A DNA stretch of 64,000 bases from Nocardioides sp. (lineage in GTDB: Bacteria > Actinomycetota > Actinomycetes > Propionibacteriales > Nocardioidaceae), in contig NZ_JBOHDN010000104.1 of the NCBI RefSeq assembly GCF_050699375.1, positions 1,151 through 65,150 on the forward strand, given 5' to 3'. The stretch's first letter is position 1; each line of letters begins with the position of its first letter. Of the stretch, positions 56,940 through 64,000 are shown piece after piece. The notes beneath the pieces are model-generated. The model was not told the origin of the DNA and did no database searches. It saw only the letters and a program-made list of their open reading frames with translations. Made by a program: the position numbers and the translations under genes.

Positions 56940-58217
56940 ATGTCCGACAACCGCAACGACACGGCCGCGACGGTCGAGACCGTCGAGGCCCGGACGACCC
57001 CGACCGGCAACGGCCGCGGCCTCATTCTCTTCGGGGCCGTCTCGGTCGCGCTGATCTCGACGGCAGCGGCGTACGTCGCGATGGTCGGCTTCGGGCGCGA
57101 CGTCCTCGCGATGGGTGCCATCAATGCGTACGCCTTCGCCGGCGTCTTCGAGCTGTCGCTTGTCACCGTCGCGCTGATGGCCCGCGAGGCGGCCCAGCAG
57201 GACCGGCCCGCACAGACGCTGCTGTCACTGACCTGGCTGCTCTCGGCCGCGTCCGGATTCTTCGCCGGCTGGCACGAGATCCACCTCGGCCACGCCGTGA
57301 CCGCGGCGGCATTCCGGTTCATCGTGCCGCTGCTGGCCGCGCTGATGTGGCACCTGGCTCTCGTCGGTGACCGCCACCTCGCCATGGAGCGGTCCTGGTC
57401 CGACCTGCGGATGGGCGCCCGGATGCACGCGCTCCTCGGCACCCGGGTCGAGTGGCGGCGGGCCCGTGACACGGCGCTGCGGAAGCGTACGCGCTCCTCG
57501 CGACGGAAGCTGGAGCGCGCACAGAAGCGCTACTGGCGAGCCGAGACCGTGGCGCTGCGGTCGGTCGCGCCGGGGGCGATGCGTGATCAGATCACCCAGT
57601 GGGTCGACGCGTTCGCCGCGGTCGCCGAGGGCACCCGCCAGGCCGACCAGCTGCCGATCACGCTCCCGGATGTGCACGAGGCGCTCAGCACCTCGGTGGT
57701 CGAGAGTGTCGCGACCGTGGAGCAGATGCCCCGCGACCTCACGGTCGCCGACATCTCTGCTGACTTGCCCCGCGAAGTGCTCCCGCCGCGCGAGACCCGG
57801 ACCCGCGAGATGGCCTCCGCTCTTGCCACCCCTGACAGCCGCCGGCGCGTCTCGAGCCGGGTGACCGAGGCCGCCCGCACCGCCGCCGACGCTGGCCGGG
57901 GCGCCGGGATGTCGCCGGAGTTCAGCAGCGGCCGCGAAACGACCGCGCCCGGCACGACCGCGCCGGCGGAGGCCGACGGCGCACTGCTGGACCGGATCCC
58001 GTTCCCCGAGAACATCCCCGACCCCGAGCCGGCGATGGACTACCCGGACATCTTCCCCGACGAGCTCGAGGAGCTGGTCAACAACCTGCCCTCCGAGTCG
58101 TCGCCCGAGGCGGCACGGATGCTCGTCCGAGCCGGTGCCCCGGTCCCCGATGTCGCCCAGAAGCTCGGGGTCTCCCCGAGCACCGTCTACCGCTGGACCT
58201 CCGACGCCCGAGCCTGA
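56940..58217 (+). CDS. membrane protein with DUF2637-like 4-TM N-terminus and C-terminal excisionase/MerR-like HTH
   Basis: 425 aa. Hydrophobic N-terminal 130 aa, a long Arg/Ala-rich middle, and C-terminal ..VAQKLGVSPSTVYRWTS. Confidence 0.5.
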   Translation: MSDNRNDTAATVETVEARTTPTGNGRGLILFGAVSVALISTAAAYVAMVGFGRDVLAMGAINAYAFAGVFELSLVTVALMAREAAQQDRPAQTLLSLTWLLSAASGFFAGWHEIHLGHAVTAAAFRFIVPLLAALMWHLALVGDRHLAMERSWSDLRMGARMHALLGTRVEWRRARDTALRKRTRSSRRKLERAQKRYWRAETVALRSVAPGAMRDQITQWVDAFAAVAEGTRQADQLPITLPDVHEALSTSVVESVATVEQMPRDLTVADISADLPREVLPPRETRTREMASALATPDSRRRVSSRVTEAARTAADAGRGAGMSPEFSSGRETTAPGTTAPAEADGALLDRIPFPENIPDPEPAMDYPDIFPDELEELVNNLPSESSPEAARMLVRAGAPVPDVAQKLGVSPSTVYRWTSDARA

Positions 58218-58229
58218 CCCGCTCTCGCC

Positions 58230-58345
58230 GAAGCGTCAGCTCTGCAGGCCGAATTGGCACCGGGGGTGCCAACTCGGCCTGCATAAGTGACTTCTCGGCC
58301 TGCAGAGCTGACGTCTCGGCCTGCAGAAGTGACTTCTCGGCCTGG
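58230..58345. repeat. composite repeat element: one inverted 21-bp unit, an 8-bp-stem hairpin, then 3.4 direct 21-bp units (tcggcctgca[gt]aNNtgacNtc)
   Basis: Inverted unit 58230-58252, hairpin TTGGCACC-GGG-GGTGCCAA 58254-58272, direct units 58274-58294, 58295-58315 and 58316-58336, partial unit 58337-58345. Same unit family as 34053-34094. Confidence 0.8.
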
Positions 58346-58351
58346 TTCGGA

Positions 58352-58807
58352 CTACTTCTCGAGGTCGGCCTTCAGCTTGGCGAGGGTGGTGGCCATGCCC
58401 GTACGCAGCTCGTCGGTGAAGCCTTCCTCACCGCCGAAGGCGACCTTCGTCAGCGAGCGGGAGAGGGCGGAGATGCCGGTCGGGGTCTCGCGGCGGTGGG
58501 TGACCACGGTCCCCTCGGCGGTCTCCTCGAGCTGGAAGGACCACACCGTCGTGTTCTCGGTGACCCGGAACGCGAAGTCGGAGTGGGGGGTGAAGCGTAC
58601 GACCCGGGCGGTGGTGGGCCAGTGCTTCCAGCCGTAGTGGTTGATGTTGAAGAACCACGTGCCCTCCTTCACCTGGCCGAGCACGATCGTCTTCACCACC
58701 TGCGGGCTCCAGGAGGACATCCGGGGGAGATCGGTGATCGCGGCCCACACCTGCGCCGGGGTGGCGTTGACGGTGGTGGTCGCTTCGAGGTCTGTGATCG
58801 TCGTCAT
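58352..58807 (-). CDS. SRPBCC (START/polyketide cyclase-dehydrase-like) family protein
   Basis: 151 aa. ..ATPAQVWAAITDLPRMSSWSPQV.. typical SRPBCC N-terminus. Confidence 0.75.
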   Translation of the reverse strand: MTTITDLEATTTVNATPAQVWAAITDLPRMSSWSPQVVKTIVLGQVKEGTWFFNINHYGWKHWPTTARVVRFTPHSDFAFRVTENTTVWSFQLEETAEGTVVTHRRETPTGISALSRSLTKVAFGGEEGFTDELRTGMATTLAKLKADLEK

Positions 58808-58864
58808 GCCGGAACCATACCGTCAGTATGGCGGTCTCGACAGGCTCGACCACCGACGCTTCGC

Positions 58865-60406
58865 TCAGTCCTCGGCGTCGGACAGCTTCCACGGCCAGTC
58901 GTAGAACGGGTTGGGCGTACCCCAGGTCGGGCCGTAGCGCTCCGCGAGGAAAGCCTCCGGATCGGCCGGCGCGAGCAGCTGCGCCCCCAGGAACGAGATC
59001 TCGGAGGCGGGCAGGACCAGCGAGGTCGCGATCGCGCGCAGCTTCATCTGCTCCATATGGAGCGTCGTGGAGTCGCCGTCCACGAGGAGCGGGAAGAGGT
59101 CGATGTGCAGGCCGGTCGCCGGGTCGGTGATGTGGAAGTTGAGCTGGTTGTTGGGCCTGGCGACCTTCCAGCCACGCTCGGCGATCTCGTCCCTCAGCTC
59201 AGTCAGCAGCGGCTCGGCCTCCTCGCGAGAGCCGGCGTCGAGCGGGATCAGCATGTCCACGTCGTCGTCGTGTGCCAGGAAGTCGCCCTCGCGTACGGCA
59301 CCGAGAAGCGTGCCGTACGCCATCATCGCCGGCTTCCCCAGCTCGGTGAGCAGCGTGGTCGCGTGCAGCATGGTCTCGACATAGCCGGCGGACCGCTTGC
59401 GCAGCACCCCGTGGTCGCGGAAGCCGTGCCGGGTGAGGCCGGCGGGCTCGCCACCGATGATGTCGACCGCCCGGTTGACCTCGGTCTCGAGCCGGCGAAG
59501 CTCGGCGGTAGAACGCAGGACGAGCTGGTAGGTCGGCATCGACGTCGCTGTCGACGGGAACCGCAGCCGCTCGGCGGCGAGCAGGTGACCGGCGAGCGCC
59601 CACTCGTCGTCGGTCAAGGCCTCCTCCCCGGAGAGACGCGTGGGGATCAGCGAGACGAGCAGCCTCTGCTCCTCGGCGTCCGCGGTGAGCAGTCCCTGCT
59701 CCGCCAGCTTCGCCAAGCCGGTCAGCACCTCCGCATGCGCGGCCCGGCCGGCCTCTTCCGACTCCAGCATCTCCACACCGACCTCACGGCCGAGCAGGCG
59801 GGACACCAGCGCCAGCGTCTGGGTGATGATCGTGTCGGAGTCGACGGAGCAGACGGTGTGGAAGCCGCCATCGGGGCCGCCGACGGCGACCGTCAGCCGC
59901 CTCGCCCGCAGCCCCCAACCATCACGCCGGTTGTAGACCCGCAGCTCGTCGGCCTCGACCGGCTCGGCCAGCTCGACCGACCACCAGGCGCCGACCTCCT
60001 TCTTCGTACGCAGCGTGCCGTACTCGAACGAGTTCACGTCGTTCGGCTGCGACGGCGATACCGAGCTCTGCTCAATCGTCTGCCCAGCGGTCGCGACCGG
60101 GATCAGCCTGCCGTTGGCGTACAGCTCGAAGCCCCGCAGGTCGAGCTGAGCCTCGAACTTCTTCGGCAGGTGGACGCGCAGGACCGAGACCGCGCCGTTG
60201 AGGGGAACGGAGAGGTACGCCGCGCCGATGCCGCCGAACCAACCGAGCGACGGCAGCAACGGCTCGCGCCCCGGTAGCCGGCGCAGCCGCACCCGCTCAC
60301 GTACGTGCTGGTTCTCGGGCTCGACAGGCCGAGCCCGAGGCGCCTCGTGCGCAGGCCGGCGCAGCGCCGAGCGCAGCGCGTCACTGATCGAACGTTTGCC
60401 GGTCAT
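58865..60406 (-). CDS. LicD-family nucleotidyl/phosphotransferase-fold protein with N-terminal galactose-binding (discoidin)-like domain
   Basis: C-terminal ..AYGTLLGAVREGDFLAHDDDVDMLIP.. LicD motif. N-terminal ..WWSVELAEPVEADELRVYNRRDGWGLRARRLTV.. is F5/8-type-C-like. Confidence 0.65.
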   Translation of the reverse strand: MTGKRSISDALRSALRRPAHEAPRARPVEPENQHVRERVRLRRLPGREPLLPSLGWFGGIGAAYLSVPLNGAVSVLRVHLPKKFEAQLDLRGFELYANGRLIPVATAGQTIEQSSVSPSQPNDVNSFEYGTLRTKKEVGAWWSVELAEPVEADELRVYNRRDGWGLRARRLTVAVGGPDGGFHTVCSVDSDTIITQTLALVSRLLGREVGVEMLESEEAGRAAHAEVLTGLAKLAEQGLLTADAEEQRLLVSLIPTRLSGEEALTDDEWALAGHLLAAERLRFPSTATSMPTYQLVLRSTAELRRLETEVNRAVDIIGGEPAGLTRHGFRDHGVLRKRSAGYVETMLHATTLLTELGKPAMMAYGTLLGAVREGDFLAHDDDVDMLIPLDAGSREEAEPLLTELRDEIAERGWKVARPNNQLNFHITDPATGLHIDLFPLLVDGDSTTLHMEQMKLRAIATSLVLPASEISFLGAQLLAPADPEAFLAERYGPTWGTPNPFYDWPWKLSDAED

Positions 60407-60437
60407 CCCCCAGATGTTTCCATCCAGGTCAAGCCGA

Positions 60438-61898
60438 TCAGCGCTCGGCCCACCACTCGAGGAGGCGCTTGCCGGCCTCTTCCTCGGAGAGGACCCCTTC
60501 GTCGAGGCGCAGCTCCATCAGGAACTTGTACGCAGCCCCGACCTCGCGACCGGCAGGAATGTCGAGCAGCTCCATGATCTGGTTGCCGTCGAGCGCGGGC
60601 CGCAGCGCGGCCAGCTCCTCCTCCTCGGAGATCCGCTCGATGCGCGCCTCGAGCGCGTCGTAGGTGCGCGCCAGCCGCTCCGCCTTGCGGCGGTTGCGGG
60701 TGGTGCAGTCGGCACGGGTGAGCACGTGCAGCCGCTCGAGCTGGTCGCCGGCGTCGCGTACGTAGCGACGCACCGCCGAGTCGGTCCACTCGCCGTCGCC
60801 GTAGCCGTGGAAGCGCAGGTGCAGGTCGACCAGCTTGGCGACGGCCTCGATCTCGTCCTTGGAGAAGCGCAGCTGCTTCATCCGCTTGCGCGTCATCTTG
60901 CCGCCGACGACGTCGTGGTGGTGGAAGGAGACCGTCCCGTCGTCGTGGAACTTCCGGGTGCGCGGCTTGCCGACGTCGTGCATCAGCGCGGCGAACCGCG
61001 ACACGAAGTCGGGCTGACCACCCAGCCGCGACTCCTGGTCGATCGACTGCTCGAGCACGGTGAGCGTGTGCTCGTAGACGTCCTTGTGACGGTTGTGCTC
61101 GTCGCGTTCCATCCGCAGCGCGGCGAGCTCGGGCAGCACCAGATCGGCGAGCCCCGTGTCGACGAGCAGCCGCAGCCCCTGGCGCGGGTAGGGCGCACAG
61201 ATCAGCTTGACCAGCTCGTCGCGCACGCGCTCCGCGGAGATGATCGAGATCCGCGACGCCATGTCCGTCATCGCCGCGACGACCTCGGGCGCGACCGTGA
61301 AACCGAGCTGTGCGGCGAACCGCGCCGCGCGCATCATCCGCAACGGGTCGTCCGAGAAGGAGGCTTCGGGGGTGCCGGGGGTGCGAAGCACCCGAGTCGC
61401 CAGATCCACCACACCGCCATAGAGGTCGACGACCTCGCGGGCCTTCCCGTCGGCTCCGCCCAGCCTCACGGCCATCGCGTTGACGGTGAAGTCGCGGCGT
61501 ACGAGGTCGTCTGCCAACGATGTGCCGTAGGCGACGGCGGGCTTGCGGGAGTCCGGGTCGTAGGCCTCGGAGCGGTAGGTGGTGACCTCCACCTGCCACG
61601 GACCCTTGCGGGTGCCGATGGTGCCGAAGTCGCGGCCCATGTCCCACAGGGCCTCACCCCATGTACGCAGGATCTTCTCGGTCTCCTCCGGGCGGGCCGA
61701 GGTGGTGAAGTCGAGGTCGTTGTGGGGACGGCCGAGCATCGCGTCGCGGACCGGTCCGCCGACGAGCGCCAGCTCGTGGCCGGAGCGGGCGAAGGCCTCT
61801 CCGAGGGAGTCGATCACCGGTGCGATACGGTCCAGTTCAGCAGTCACCGATCGCTGAACATCGGCGACGCTGATCGGGGGAAGCTGGCTGTCGGACAC
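60438..61898 (-). CDS. cca: CCA-adding tRNA nucleotidyltransferase / poly(A) polymerase family with HD domain
   Basis: ..LALVGGPVRDAMLGRPHNDLDFTT.. head domain and HD motif (..LMHDVGKP..). GTG 61898 is preferred because the ORF start at 61988 would overlap the divergent gene. Confidence 0.85.
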   Translation of the reverse strand: MSDSQLPPISVADVQRSVTAELDRIAPVIDSLGEAFARSGHELALVGGPVRDAMLGRPHNDLDFTTSARPEETEKILRTWGEALWDMGRDFGTIGTRKGPWQVEVTTYRSEAYDPDSRKPAVAYGTSLADDLVRRDFTVNAMAVRLGGADGKAREVVDLYGGVVDLATRVLRTPGTPEASFSDDPLRMMRAARFAAQLGFTVAPEVVAAMTDMASRISIISAERVRDELVKLICAPYPRQGLRLLVDTGLADLVLPELAALRMERDEHNRHKDVYEHTLTVLEQSIDQESRLGGQPDFVSRFAALMHDVGKPRTRKFHDDGTVSFHHHDVVGGKMTRKRMKQLRFSKDEIEAVAKLVDLHLRFHGYGDGEWTDSAVRRYVRDAGDQLERLHVLTRADCTTRNRRKAERLARTYDALEARIERISEEEELAALRPALDGNQIMELLDIPAGREVGAAYKFLMELRLDEGVLSEEEAGKRLLEWWAER

Positions 61899-61948
61899 AA
61901 CGCCGCAGTCTACGAGGACCGCACCTCCGGAAAGATATTCTCGAAGCC

Positions 61949-64000
61949 ATGCCAGTCCGCCAGCACCAGGCGAGGCCTTCAGGGCCATCCAGACGAGTCA
62001 CCGCCGCACTCGTCCTGGCGCTGCTGGCACCCCTTCTGCTGCTGATGTCCGCGACCACTCTGGCCGCGCCCGCCCAGGCCGCGGAGGAGCCGGAGGAGAC
62101 CGACCCGCTGACGGTGAGCATCGACCAGCTCGACACGGTCAGCCTCGATCCCCGCACCAAGGGCCGGATCACCGTGCGCGGCAAGGTCACCAACACCACC
62201 GAGGACACGTGGGGTGGGGTCAAGATCTACCCGTTCGTCGGCGACACGCCGATCACCACGTCCGAGGAGCTGGCCGAGGCGGCGAAGCTGCCCGCGGACG
62301 CGTTGGTCGGCGAGCGGATCGTCACCGAGGGTGCGTACGCCACCGTCCCCGACCTAGCACCCGGCGAGACCTACTCATGGTCGCTGACGGTGCCGCGCAA
62401 GCTCCTGGAGATCACCCAGGCCGGGGTCTACTGGTTCGGGGTGCACGCGCTGGGCGCGACCACGCCGAGCACCGCCGACGGCCGGGCCCGTACCTTCCTT
62501 CCGCTGGTCACGCAGCCCAACAAGAAGGCGAGGGCCGAGAAGGTCTCGATGGTCATGCCGCTGCGGCGCAGCGTGGTCTACGACGCCGACGGCAGCGTCG
62601 ACTACCTCCCCGGCTGGACCCGGGACCTGCGCGCGGGCGGCCGGCTCTCCCGGATGCTCGAGGTCGGCGCCGAGATGCCGGGCGTGACCTGGGCCCTCGA
62701 CCCGGCGCTGATCGATGCCGTACGCAACCTGGCCAAGGGAAACCCGGGCCGCAACATGTCCGCGACGGACGAGGGCGAGGAGCCGGAGGAGAGCGGGAGC
62801 TCGTCCCCTTCTCCTTCGACACTGCAGCCGAGCTCCCCGTCCAGCACCGACACCGCCGCGGAGGCCACCGACGAGGAGGCAGAGGCCGCGAAGGAGGCGG
62901 CGACGGACTGGCTGGGCCGCCTCGAGGACGCGTTGGCCGGCCACAACCTGCTCGCCCTGCCGTACGCCGACCCCGACCTGTCCGCTCTCGCCACCAGCGA
63001 CCCCGACCTGCTGGCGACCGCGCGTGAGCGGACCACCAGCTCGCTCGCCGCGCTCGGCATCAAGGCGACCCCCGCCGTCGCGCCACCGACCGGCTACCTC
63101 GACCGCGCCGCGGTCAACCTGCTCGAGCCGGGCGCGGTCAACCTGGTCAGCGACAAGATGTTCCGCGGCACCGCGCCGGTGATCGCCGACCTCGACGGTC
63201 ACGAGATGATCGTCGCCTCCTCCGGGGCGGCCGCCGGCGGGCCCGGGCCCAACGACCCGGTCGACGCGATCTCGGTGCGCCAGCGGATCGTCTCGGAGGC
63301 AGCGCTGCGCCGGGGCTCCGGCAAGCCGCTCGTGGTGGTCGTTCCCGACGAATGGCACCCCCCGCAGACGGCGGCGTCGTTCGTCGCTCCGTGGCAGAAG
63401 GCCGCCTGGATCTCGCCCTCGTCGCTGACCGAGGCCGTCTTCGACCAGAAGGCCACCGAGGTCACCGCCGAGAACCTCCGCTACCCCCGGCGCGAGATGA
63501 AGGCAGAGATCTCGACCGAGCGGATCCGGGCCGCCAACGACCTCATCGACGCCGGCGACACGCTGCAGCGCATCCTGACCCACAACGACGAGGTGGCCTC
63601 CGACGTCGTCGGCGAGGCGCTGACCACCACGGCCTACTCCGCCCGCAAGGGCGAGACGGACGCCGCCGCGAACGCGCTCGACCGGATCAACTCCGAGCTG
63701 GCCTCGATCACGGTGAACGTACCGCCGAAGGTCATCCTCTCCAGCATGAAGGGCGGCGAGTTCCAGGTCACGCTGAGCAACGCGCTGGACCAGCCGGTCA
63801 CGGTGCGGCTGGACGCGATCACCGACTCGTCGCTGCGGGTCGCCACCTCCGAGCCGATCCAGCTCGACGCCAACTCGAAGGCGAGCTTCAATCTCGCCGC
63901 GAGCATGCGCGACACCGGCACCCACACCGCCCAGGTCGTCGTCACCGACACCGAGGGCAACCCGCTGGGTGCCCACGCCACCGTGCCGATCCGCCCCTCG
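61949..64000 (+). CDS. large secreted protein, Rv3909/DUF6049-like (3' end beyond the window edge; absent from the supplied ORF track because it has no stop in the window)
   Basis: Open frame from ATG 61949 to the window end. Signal peptide ..RRVTAALVLALLAPLLLLMSATTLAAPAQA. High GC3. Divergent from cca, as in mycobacteria. Confidence 0.6.
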   Translation, partial: MPVRQHQARPSGPSRRVTAALVLALLAPLLLLMSATTLAAPAQAAEEPEETDPLTVSIDQLDTVSLDPRTKGRITVRGKVTNTTEDTWGGVKIYPFVGDTPITTSEELAEAAKLPADALVGERIVTEGAYATVPDLAPGETYSWSLTVPRKLLEITQAGVYWFGVHALGATTPSTADGRARTFLPLVTQPNKKARAEKVSMVMPLRRSVVYDADGSVDYLPGWTRDLRAGGRLSRMLEVGAEMPGVTWALDPALIDAVRNLAKGNPGRNMSATDEGEEPEESGSSSPSPSTLQPSSPSSTDTAAEATDEEAEAAKEAATDWLGRLEDALAGHNLLALPYADPDLSALATSDPDLLATARERTTSSLAALGIKATPAVAPPTGYLDRAAVNLLEPGAVNLVSDKMFRGTAPVIADLDGHEMIVASSGAAAGGPGPNDPVDAISVRQRIVSEAALRRGSGKPLVVVVPDEWHPPQTAASFVAPWQKAAWISPSSLTEAVFDQKATEVTAENLRYPRREMKAEISTERIRAANDLIDAGDTLQRILTHNDEVASDVVGEALTTTAYSARKGETDAAANALDRINSELASITVNVPPKVILSSMKGGEFQVTLSNALDQPVTVRLDAITDSSLRVATSEPIQLDANSKASFNLAASMRDTGTHTAQVVVTDTEGNPLGAHATVPIRPS

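Noticed and set aside
58496-62045. Long plus-strand ORFs 58496-60277 and 60198-62045
   Set aside because: They are antisense to the LicD-family and CCA-adding enzyme genes. No motifs, and the composition is typical of non-coding frames in high-GC DNA.
62375-63976. 533-aa minus-strand ORF
   Set aside because: It is antisense to the open plus-strand frame starting at 61949. That frame has a clear signal peptide and protein-like composition, and it is missing from the track only because it has no stop in the window.

Overview
High-GC actinobacterial chromosomal window (hand counts of about 67-73 percent GC on typical 60-nt lines). I call about 60 protein-coding genes and recognise no rRNA, tRNA, CRISPR array, transposase or integrase. 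A conserved origin-proximal backbone is visible: dnaB, rplI-rpsR-ssb-rpsF, a class A PBP plus a GT87-like membrane glycosyltransferase, PadR plus ino1, the CCA-adding enzyme, and an Rv3909-like secreted protein. Accessory modules interrupt it: (1) divergent glpF-glpK and IclR-glpK2 glycerol units, (2) a TauD / DUF849 (BKACE) / MFS / hydrolase / CMD cluster, (3) MerR-linked DrrAB-like ABC and MerR-ADH units, (4) a lower-GC insert with a 55-bp palindrome and decayed genes, (5) a catalase, (6) a csoR-copZ-copA copper operon whose ATPase carries a 319-aa C-terminal extension, and (7) a MacAB-like tripartite ABC exporter. The best candidate for a new system is a translationally coupled four-gene minus-strand operon at 39.7-44.8 kb: ECF sigma factor, a 170-aa partner, a signal-less S8 subtilase with a (GTPHNx)4 repeat linker, and a TPR-CHAT caspase-like protease. 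It sits inside a cell-envelope neighbourhood, and part of it has atypically low GC. Other notable signals: a dispersed 21-bp repeat family found in frame inside copA and again as a composite hairpin element between convergent genes; a cluster of DnaA-box-like motifs upstream of dnaB; short tandem repeats in two 5' leaders; and about 125-bp direct repeats (a gene 3' end and its decayed copy) bracketing a 3.4-kb module. All family calls rest on motifs read by eye. No database search was run.
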